From Cyanophora paradoxa CCMP329 (Eukaryota > Plantae > Glaucophyta), in contig QPMI01000062.1 in assembly GCA_004431415.1 (NCBI GenBank), forward strand, positions 62,001 through 126,000: 64,000 nt of DNA. The letters run 5' to 3'. Position numbers and translations under genes: made by a program. The stretch's first letter is position 1. The number at the start of each line of letters is the position of its first letter. The notes beneath the pieces are model-generated. The model had not been told where the DNA came from. It saw nothing but the letters and a program-made list of their open reading frames with translations, and did not search any database. Below are positions 54,650 through 64,000 of the stretch, piece by piece.

Positions 54650-55878
54650 ATGAGTCAAGCGAAGAGCAGCAGCCCGCCCTCCTGCACTCAATGCTGTAAA
54701 GATTGCTGCAATGGGTGCACGCGATGCTGCGTCTGGTTCTGGAAGAAAGTGGTCCGTCAAACGCCTCGCTTGTTCCGCAGTTTTTCCCGGCGCTAAGCTC
54801 GCGCAGGATTGGGACAAAGTTGCGCGGTATACAATCAAATTCTTCGCGTCGAAGTACGGAAACTGCGTCTTCGTCCTGCTCTTCTTCTTGTTCATTTGCT
54901 TCATCCTCGTGCGGCCCCGCGCCCCCGTCCCTCTCAGCGCTGGCAGCCCGCCCGCACGAGCGCTGCTCACTCTCGCTGCAGCAAATGGTGAATGAAAGCT
55001 CGGGATACGCGCTGTCGTCGTACGGCGGCATTCGCCCGCGGGACTACACGTCCCTCGGGGGCGTGCTAGCGATGCACTTCCTCCACTGGTCGTGGGGCCA
55101 CTTCAGCGCGAACGCCGGCAGCTTCCTGTGGTGCGGCCTGGTCATATTCATCGATATCTCGTGGAACCGGCGCGAGTTCTTCGCCCTCACCGCCTTCATC
55201 GGTCCGCCGCCCTCGCCCCGCCTGCGCCGCCCCCGGCCCATGCGCCCCCCGCAGCCTTCTGGTGCGGCGTCATCACGTGGATCATCGGGCGCGGAAACAC
55301 TACCCATGCGGGGGCGTCGGGCATCATCTTCGGTGCCTACCCCCGGCGCTGCGGCGCGAGGCGCCCGGGGGCTGAGCGCGGGGCAGGGTACATGCTGTGG
55401 ATCCTGTGCACGGTGTGCTTCAACTTCCAGTGGAAGCGGCTCGGCCTGGCCGTCCTCACCCTCATCGTCATCGGCTCGGTGCTCATCGGCATCCTCCCCA
55501 CCAACCCCTCCGTGCGCCCGCCCCCCAGCGCCCCCCGCTCCCTCCCCTTCCTTCTGGTGCGACGGCCGCGCAGATCAGCTGGGAGGGGCATCTGGCCGGC
55601 GCCATCGCCGGCTTCGTCGCCGCCTGGCTCCCCGTCTTCGGTGCCCTACGCCCCCTCCTCGCCTGCCCTCCACGGGCCGCCTAACGTCGTGCAGCTGGGC
55701 GGTACTGCCCCGGCGCGCTGGCGTGCCTCGGCATGAAGCCGCGCCAGTACAAGCCCTGCTGGGAGTCCTGGGGCAACTTCACGAGGAAGCAGGGTGCGCC
55801 CCGCGCCGCCGCCCGCCGGGTCCAAGCGCCTCTGACAGACCTCGTTGCGCAGAGTCGCGGCCCCAGACGACCTTGTAG
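54650..55878 (+). CDS. Rhomboid intramembrane serine protease (bacterial-type) with Cys-rich N-terminus
   Basis: GIRPR...HFLHWSWGHFSAN, catalytic HAGASGIIF and ISWEGHLAG; first exon MSQAKSSSPPSCTQCCKDCCNGCTRCCVWFWKK. Confidence 0.85.
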
Positions 55879-55935
55879 GGCCCGCCCCACCCCGTCATTT
55901 GCTTGCCCCTTTTTTCAATACCACACCATACCGCA

Positions 55936-58547
55936 TCAGAGGGCCGGGGGGTAGCAGACGGCGCCGGGGCCGGAGCCGGGCGGGGAGCAGAGGCCCGGGA
56001 AGTCGATGGGCAGCTCGGCGAGGAGGCGCCAGCCGGGGGCGCCCTCGCGACGGGCGGCCGAGAAGCGGCGGAGGCGACCGGCGTTTGTATCGCAAACGTA
56101 GAGGAGGGAGGAGGCGGGGTCGAAGGAGAGGCCGCCCGGCTCGCTCAGGGGGGCGCTGCCCGCGGGGAGGGCCAGCGTCTCGCACGCCCCCGTCGCCGGG
56201 TCCACCTGCCTGCGCGCCCCGGGCCCTCGCTCGGAGACGGAGCGGGCGGGGCGGGGGCGCGGGGCGGGCCTGATGGCGTTGTTGTAGGAGTCGGCGACGA
56301 GGAGGGTGTTGCCGGCGAGGGCGACCCCGGAGCAGTGCTGGAGGCGCGCGTTGGAGCCCGCCCCGTCCTCCAGCCCGAACCCGAAGAGGCCCCCGGAGCC
56401 CGCCAGCAGTCGCACCGACGGGCCCGCTGAACCCGCCAGTTCACGAAGGAAAGGGGAAGGGGGAGGGCGGGGCGTGGGCGCACGTGGGGCGAGGGAGACG
56501 GCGCGGAGCGAGGAGGCCTCCGCGTCGGCGACGTAGAGGGACGCGGTGGCCTCGTCCCAGGCGAGGCCGGACGGCTGCGCGAAGCCGGCCTCGTGCGCGG
56601 GGCCGTCGACGCAGGCCTCGAAGCCGGCCCCCGCAAAGGGCCGCGCCCGCCCCGCCGCGACGTCCAGGGCGAACACCTGGTGCGAGCCGGCCGCCGCCAC
56701 GTAGAGCGTGCCCCCCGCCAGGGCGGCGTCCCAGGGGGAGGGGATGTCCAGCTCCCGGGCGGCGCGCCACGCCGCCGCCTCGTCCTCGTCGGGGCCCGGC
56801 GGGGCCCGGGGCTTGCCCCCGCGCCGCCCCGTCCCCGCCACCGTCGTCACCTCGCCCGTCGCCAGGTCCACCCGCCGCACTGGGAGCCCCGTCAGGGCTA
56901 GAGATCGGGGAGGAGGGCGGGAGGGGCGGGGGGCGCGCCGGCGTGGTTCCCCGTGTCGCACACGAAGGCGCAGTGGCCCTCCGCTTCGTACGCGATCCCC
57001 TGCGGCGCCGTGAAGCGCGCCTCCTCCGCCGGCCCGTCCTGCCCTGAAATCAGACGAGGGGAGGGCGGGAAGGACGAGGAGGGTGGGGCGGGGCGGGGCG
57101 GGCGTGGAAGCCGGGGAGGCCGGAGCCAACGGTGAGGAGGGGCCGGCCCTCGGGGTCCGCCACGACGAGCCGGTGGTGGCCCGTGTCCGCCACCAGCAGC
57201 AGGCCCCCGCCCCGCACCCCGCCCCCGCCCACCGCCACCACCTTCCCGGGGTACTTCAGCGGCCTGCGCGCCGTGAGCGCCAGTGCCTCGAGCCGCTTCC
57301 GAGGCGGGGCGAGCGCGCCCTGGGGGGCCGCCGGAGGGGGGCGGCGCGTGGCGGGCGGCGGCGTCGCCCCGGGACCGCGCCGCGTAGACCCTGCAGGGGG
57401 ATACATAAGGCGTGGGGAGGGCCAGGTGCTGGGGGTACGCACGCAGGGTCGGTCCCCCGGTGCTCCGCGAGGGTCTTCGCGATCGTCTCGTCGAGCAGCT
57501 CGCGGTTGCCCTCCCCCGACGTGAAGCCCACCACGTACCCCTCCGGATCTGCCGCGGGGGAGGGGGCGTGTTGCTTTGGGGGTACAGGGCGATGATGACG
57601 GCGGGGCTTCTGCGGACCGATGACTACGAAGCTCGGCCACGCGCGGATCTGCGGCGAAATCGGCTTGAGCTTCAGTGACTCGGCGACGAGAATGGACAGT
57701 CTCGCGCGCACGCCGTATTTGTTCCAGACGAGGAAGCGCGAGTCGACGAGCACGGGGTGCGTCTGCGCCCCGCCCGGGGAGTGAGCGGGGTCGCGGGGCC
57801 TCGCGCTTCTCGCGTCGAGAACTCGAATCAAATCAGCAGATGGCGGACGATGCCGAGGCGGAGGACGGCGTCGCGGACGGTCTCGGCCTGCTTCTCGCGG
57901 TCGAACTTGCCGCTGTGCACGCCCACGACGAGCAGCTCCTCCGGCCCGTACTTCTCCTCCAGGTACCGCACGTCCGGAAGCGCCTGCTGGCAGTTGATGC
58001 AGCCAAGCGTCCAGAAATCCAGGAGTACGAGCGGAGCCCCGGCTTTCCGGCGCAGCTCCGCGAGCTGCGGGTGCGCAACAAGTCACGAGGAGAACGCCAC
58101 CAACCTGTAAAACTCACACGAGGAGCTCGTGCGCGAGTGCACCTGCACGGGCTCGTCCGTGTTGATCCAGAGCGTCTTGTCACTGGGAAGTTCCGGAGCG
58201 CGCACGCACTGCCTGCGGAGAGCCGAGATCGCCCCGCAGGTAGGGTGCGCGCTGCGTGCGCGTACGTATACGCACCCCGGCCGCCGCTGGCGCTTCACCG
58301 CGGAGCCGCTGCCGGCGCTGGCGGAGACCTCGACGCGCCTCGTCGGCGTCGAAGGCGCTGCAACGTGCTGCATAGACCTATAAAAGCTGCACGTAGGCAG
58401 CGGGCTGCCGAGCCAGCGACAGGGAAGCTGCAGTTGGCGGTGGACCTTCCGGTCCGGTCCAACACATAGAGCGGCACTTCTGGTGCTGAACCCATGCGCT
58501 CGGGCCGCCAAGCTGGCCCCGGTTGGCCATGGAGCGCACGCGAACAT
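55936..58547 (-). CDS. Thioredoxin-like plus NHL-repeat protein (NHLRC2/SOQ1-like), putatively plastid-targeted
   Basis: APELPSDKTLWINT, LDFWTLGCINC, VVGVHSGKF, RAWPSFVVI; NHL repeats LVADTGHHR, FAQPSGL, LYVADAEASSLR, LVADSYNNAI and LSEPGGL; N-terminus MFACAP. Confidence 0.88.
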
Positions 58548-58689
58548 CGGGCGGGCGGGTACGGTGATCGATTCGGCCCAAGTTCAAAGAGAACGGCCTG
58601 AGGTCGGCGAGGGCGCAGTCGGCAGCCAGCTGCGACTCGTCACATTGCGTCGGCTCGGCTAGCTACCGGTAGCGGAGCCAGCGCTCGTC

Positions 58690-61600
58690 ATGGCCGCGCC
58701 AGCGCCAGCCCAGATCTTCCCAGCGGGGCATGTCCCTCCGGTGCGTAGCTACCGCTTCCGGGGGCACATCGTATGCAGTGTTTGAATATGCCGCATGCAG
58801 GGCGGCGCTTCCGCTCCGGCGGGACCGCCTCCGATTCAGCCGCCTCCAGCACAACCGCCGCCTGTGGCACAGCCGCCTCCGGTGCGCTTGGGATGTGCTC
58901 GCGGGCGAATTTGAATAGCTAATTGTTTTTGCGTTTGCGTCTCTAGGCCGGGCCTCCGCCCTCCGCTGCCCTGCCGGCTGCATCCGGAGCCGGAGCCGGC
59001 GGACAGCACCTGGGCGCGCCGCCGCCCCAGCAATTCCCGCCGGGCAAGGCCCCTCCAAATCAGCCGCCGGTATTCACACCGCGGCTCGAGCTTGACGATG
59101 ACTCCGCTAAGTCCGAACGCAGAGCGGGGCTTCGCAGACGGCACCGGCGCAGGGCGCGCCTCCGCAGGCCGGCCCGCCGCAAGGCCCCCCGCCCCCGCAA
59201 ATCAGCCCGCCGCAAGGCCCCCCGCCCCCACAAGCACCCCCGCAAGCCGGCGCGCCGCCGCAGGGAGCCCCGCCCCCGCAAATCAGCCCGCCGCAGGGGC
59301 CCCGCCCCCGCAGGGCCCCCGCCCCCGCAAGCCGGCGCGCCGCCGCAGGGAGCCCCGCCCCCGCAAATCAGCCCGCCGCAGGGGCCCCGCCCCCGCAGGG
59401 CCCCCGCCCCCACAAGCGCACCCGCAAGCCGGCGCGCCGCCGCAAGGCCCCCGCCCCCGCAAATCAGCCCGCCGCAAGGCCCCCGCCCCCGCAGGGCTCC
59501 CCGCCCCCACAAGGCGCTCCGCCCCCACAAGGCGCTCCGCCCCCGCAAGCCGGCGCGCCGCCGCAGGGAGCCCCGCCCCCGCAAGGCGCGCCCCCTCCGC
59601 AGCAGCAGTTTCCCCCTGGCAAGGAGCCGTCGAACGCTGCTGTCCGGGTGAGCGATGCTTGCTTCAGAGCTCTCGATGCGAACGGGCTCACCGCAGCGCA
59701 GGGGGCGTCGGCCGCGCAGGAGGCGCCTCAGGTGCAGCCCTCGGGGGCGCAGGGAGCGCAGACACCCCAGGGCACGCCGGGCCAGCCCGGCTCCCAGATT
59801 GGGGCGCCCCCGCCGCAGCAGTTTCCGGAGGGGAGGGCGCCTCCTAACCAGCCGGCCAATCCCCCGCCTCAGCCGCCCCCGACCCATGGCCAGCCGCCGC
59901 CGGCGCAGCCGCCCCCAACCCACGGCCAGCCGCCGGCAGCCCATAATCAGCCGCCTCCGACCGTTGCCCAGCCTCCGCCGGCCCAGCAGCCACCCAACCA
60001 GCCTCCGCCGACCCAGCCTCCTCCGGCCCAGCCGCCGCCGGGGCATCAGCCGCAAGCGGCGCGGGCTGTGGACGAGCGGCCGATCAAGCCGGCGGGAGCA
60101 GGGCCAGCGGTGCCTGCGGACACGGAGTGGGACTTCGGTGTCGACGAGAGCGAGCTCGGGGGCAACCGGGCGCCCCTGCCGCCGCCGTCGTCCGCCCCCG
60201 ACCCCGCCCCAGCCGCCGACCCCAAGGCAAGGCGGCAGTCGGCCGCGCACCCGCCGGCCCCGCAGCAGCCGCCGGCGGGGCCGCCGGCGCCGGTGCGGCC
60301 GGGCGAGAAGGTGGAGATCGAGTGGGGCCCGGCCAAGGCCCCCGCCGCGCACGTCGCGCCCGGAGAGAAGCCCTGGCAGCGGGCGAAGGCCCCGGGGCCG
60401 GCGAGCGGCCGGCCGCGGCGGCTCCCAAGGCGGGGGCGGGGCGGCCCCGGGGGGACGAGTGGAGCATGGGGTGGAGGAGGGGGCGCTGGGGGCAGGGGCG
60501 CCCCTCCCCCGCAGAGGCGCCGCGGCGGCAGCGGGCCCGACGGCGGCGGACCTGGCCCGCGAGCTCGAGGCCGCCGACGCCGAGTGGGGCCCGCCCGCCC
60601 GGCCCCAGCCCCGGCCCCGGCGGCAGCGGCGGGGCCCTCCCAGCCGGCCGGGCGCGCCGCGCACCTCCCGCCCAGCACTCCTTCGCCAACGCGCCCGGCG
60701 CCGCGCGCGAGCCCCCGCCGGCCGGGCCGCCCGCCACTCACGGCGCCCAGCTCCCCGCCTCGTCGACCTTCACCAATGTACCCCCGGCCGCCCGCGGCCC
60801 GCCGCCTTCCGGACCCCCGCCCGCTGCCCCTCCCACAAGCCATCCTCCGGCCCCTCACACGCAGGCCCCCGCCGCCGGCCCTCCCGCTTCGTACCAGCCC
60901 TCCGTCGCGGCGTCGTCGGCCGTCCCCGTGACGGCGGTGGGCGCGCCCGGCTACCCGCATCAGCCGTACGCGCCGCACCAGAGCCAGGGCCCCTACGCGC
61001 CGCCGTACGGGGCCGCTCCGGGCGGCTACCCCACTCCCCCCTTCGCCAGCATGCCCTTCCAGGTCCGCACCCTCCCCTCCCCGCGAGCCCCCGCCCCGCC
61101 TCACCGCCGCCCGCAGATCGTCCTCGTTCCTGGCAACGCCCCGTTCCTCCCCCAGGGGCCGCCCCCGGGGCCCCCGCCCGCCGCGCCGCCCCGGCCCCGG
61201 CCCGGCCCCGCCGCAGGCGCCCCCGCCCGAGGCGGCATCGCCCGTTGCGCCGCCGCGGGCTGCACCACAGGAGCCGGCCGCGCCTCCCCAGCAGCCGCCT
61301 GCTCCCCAGGCTCCGACCGCCGGCGCGGCGGGCTCGGGGGCCGCGGACGGCTCAAACGCCCCTGCGAAGCCGGCCCCTGCGTCGGCCCCGGCCCCCCCTC
61401 CGGCCCCGGCCCCGGCGGGGAACAAGATGGACGCGGCGACAAACGTGAAGGACGCGCAGCTCGACACCGCCGGCCTCGCCGTCCACGTACCCCCCGCCCG
61501 CCCTCGCCCCGGCGGGCGCCGCCGGGCCTCACGGGGCGGCAGGCGGGGACGCAGTGGGAGGGCGGGGACAACGGGGCGCCGGCGGTGAGGGGGGCGCCGT

Positions 61601-63242
61601 ACCGGGTGGCGCGGACGAAGGCGGAGGCGGTGCGGGGCCGCAAGGAGGGGGAGACCTTCGTGATGCTCCAGGGCGACACCCGCGCCCGCGCCATGCCCGT
61701 CTTCCCCGCCTGGCGCATCCGCGAGGCCCGCCCCCCCGCCCCGCCCGCATCCTTCCTCCCCCGCCTGAGGCCGCTGCAGCGGCCGGCGCGGAAGGAGGCG
61801 CCGGCGGGGCCGGAACCCGGGGCGCAGGCGGTGATCGGGCGGCAGTACGTGGACCTCCCGTGGGCGCCCCACGGGGACGGCAGCGTGCAGGCGCGCCCCT
61901 TCCCCCGCCCCTCTTCCCCTTCCCCGCCGCGGGGCCGGCGGGGACCTGACGCCCCGTGGCAGGTCGTGGAGGTCCCGGCGCCGGCGCGGCGGCCCCCCTC
62001 CAGCTCCTCCTCCTCCTCGTCGTCCTCGTCGTCGGAGGAGGAGGAGAAGCGGCCGAAGGGGCGGCGGGAGGCGGGCGGCGAGGGGGCCGCCTACTCGAAG
62101 CACGCGCCGCGGGACCTCTGGGGCCGGCCCCTCCCCGCGGGACCCGACGCCGCCTCGAGCGTCCCCTCGGACGACGACGAGAACCCCGTGCGGCGTCGCA
62201 TCGCCGCCGGCCTCGCCCGCGCCGGCAAGAAGTCCCCCAAGAAGGCCGCCAAGCTCGGCCCCGCCGCCTGGGACCCCGAGCCCGAGCCCGGCCCCGCCTT
62301 CTCCGTGCCCCCCGCCCCTCCCCCCCGCCCTCTTTCGCGCGCGCATGACCCGCCTCGCAGCGGGCGGAGGCGCTGGTGCGGGAGCGTGTGAAGGCGGGGC
62401 CCGGGGCGCGCATGGCGAGCGGGGCGGAGGCGGAGCTGGCGTGGCGGAGCTACCTGAGCGAGCGGTACCCCGGGCAGCGGCTCGAGGGGGAGCCCGAGTT
62501 CGAGTCCCTCGCCCTCGCCCGCCGCATGCGCGAGGTCCCCACCGCCGGCGCCCTCCGCCGCCCCGCCCCGCCGCCCCCGCCCGAGCCGCCCCGCCCCTAC
62601 GAGCCGGGCGGCGCGACGCTCTGGGAGCGCGTGCGGCCGCGCCTCGCCGCCGAGGCCGACGCCGAGCTCGAGGCCGACGCCGCCGAGGGCGGCTTCGCCC
62701 CGCCCGACCCCGCCCCCCGGCCCCGCGAGGACTTCTACGACGAGGGGCCCGAGGGGTACGGCGACGACCCCGGCGCCGCGTACCCCTACCCGGCACCCTA
62801 CCCCAACCCCTACCCGGCCGCTCACGCCAACCCCTTCCTGGCCCCGACCTACGGCTACGCCCCGGCCCCGGGGGGGTACGCGGGCTACGAGGAGGGGTAC
62901 GGGAACGGGGGCGGGGCGCTGGTGGTGGAGATGGAGCGGCCGGGGCGCGGGGAGCGGAGCGCGGGCGGCTGGAAGCAGTTCGAGCAGGCGCACCGGCACA
63001 CGCGCCACCACCACCACCACCACCACCACCACCACCACGCCGGTCACGCCGGCGCCTCCCTGCGCGCCAGGTGCCCCTCCCCGCCCCCGCCCGCTCCTCG
63101 TGGCGGGCCTGACGCCGGGCAGGCACGGGGAGAGCGCCGCGGGGGCAGGGATGACCGTGGAGGCGCGGCGCTCGCCGGCGGGACGCCAGCCGCTCGGCGA
63201 CACGTACGGCGGCGCGCAGTTCCGGCCCTGGGGCCGCACTGA
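58690..63242 (+). CDS. Large Pro/Gln-rich low-complexity protein with C-terminal poly-His
   Basis: MAAPAPAQIFPAGHVPP|GGASAPAG... followed by consistent + strand exons and introns. Apparent frameshifts in poly-C tracts; 3' end uncertain; may be two genes. Confidence 0.5.
59170..59600 (+). repeat. Coding minisatellite (PPQGxPPPQ-type units)
   Basis: Recurrent CCCCGCCCCCGCAAATCAGCCCGCCGCA and GCAAGCCGGCGCGCCGCCGCA units. Confidence 0.85.
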
Positions 63243-63312
63243 CCGCGTCTGGCTCTAGCCCGTCGCCCCCCGCGCCTCGCTGTCCCTCGCTGATTCCTCT
63301 CTACAAGCGAAC

Positions 63313-64000
63313 TTACAGCTTTGTCTTCGCGCGAGGGGCGGCGGGGCGGTCAGACGGGGCGGAGCGGGGCGCAGGTCGTGTCCGGGGCGGGGGGCGGGCA
63401 GGCGCCGCGGAAGACGCGCGAGTCGCGGGGCCCCGTGAGAGCCGCCAGCTGCAGCGGTCCCGGCGCCTGCGGCGCGGGGGCCCCCGACGAGGCGGGGGGC
63501 GCCACGAGATCCCCCTCCCAGTCCCGCGGCCTGGCCCGCCGTGAGCCGCGGGGGGCGGTGCGCGGAGGGGCACAAAGGGCGCGCCAGACGGGGACGGGCC
63601 AGCTGGAGAGCGTCTTCGTGTGCCTGCGCCCCCGCGCGCGTCGGCGGGGGGGGCGCGCGCGGGGGCAGAAGACTTGAGGCGCATACGCACCAGACGAGGA
63701 CCCTCCGCGTCGGGAGCTGCCGCACCTGCCCCGCGAGTCAGCTGAGCCAGTTTTCGCGGGATGCGGAGTTGGAGCGGGGGCGCGCCATGGATCCGGAGGC
63801 GTCGGGGGAGAGCTTGGCGAGGAAGCAGTCCTCCTGGCGCCAGTTCGGGCACTCCCACTCGAAGCGGACGCGCGGGCCGCCCCCGGGGCCCTGCGCCTCG
63901 AGGGCTCGCGAGGAGAAGGCGATGCCGGCCATGTCCACGCAGAAGCGGCGCCCGTCCTCGGGATTCCCCAGCCACGCCGCCAGCCGCCCCGCCCCATCAA
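63313..64000 (-). CDS. Glycosyltransferase family 43 (beta-1,3-glucuronyltransferase-like), 3' part
   Basis: RRFCVDMAGIAF, RQEDCFLAKL and RVLVW|HTKT match GT43 DMAGFA, QES and VLVWHT motifs. 5' end is outside the window; stop position uncertain. Confidence 0.75.

Noticed and set aside
41341-63242. Very long six-frame ORFs (e.g. 1350 aa at 41978-46030, 1026 aa at 60046-63126, 910 aa at 41946-44678)
   Set aside because: Arg/Pro/Gly/Ala-rich read-throughs caused by stop-codon scarcity at extreme GC. They cross introns and frames or lie antisense to the real spliced genes.

Overview
Eukaryotic nuclear DNA, gene-dense, with many short (about 50-100 nt) spliceosomal introns, many of them GC-AG. 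Plastid transit peptides starting with a Phe motif (MALFV..., MFAC..., MNFL...) and cyanobacterial-type genes (DUF3067, Trx-NHL) suggest an archaeplastid alga, most likely a glaucophyte such as Cyanophora (inference). Most long six-frame ORFs are artefacts of very high GC and introns, so the gene models below were spliced by hand and their outer boundaries are approximate. Recognisable genes: an MFS transporter (3' end), VPS54, PSF3, a Kelch-Sec7 ArfGEF, U2A', DP, COG3, BiP, ATP23, RPB4, MCM7, CENH3, a miniature ATP6AP2-like protein, DUF3067, a giant STAND NTPase, a rhomboid, a thioredoxin-NHL protein, a Pro-rich protein and a GT43 (3' end). The main finding lies in a roughly 5 kb accessory island between BiP and ATP23. 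It is a Fanzor2/TnpB-family RNA-guided nuclease gene split by 11 introns. It splices in frame to about 494 aa with an intact D-E-D RuvC triad and zinc finger, is followed by a hairpin-rich candidate omega-RNA, and sits next to a DUF559/Vsr-like nuclease remnant. Also notable is a roughly 610 bp near-perfect inverted duplication of a small gene that brackets U2A' and DP.
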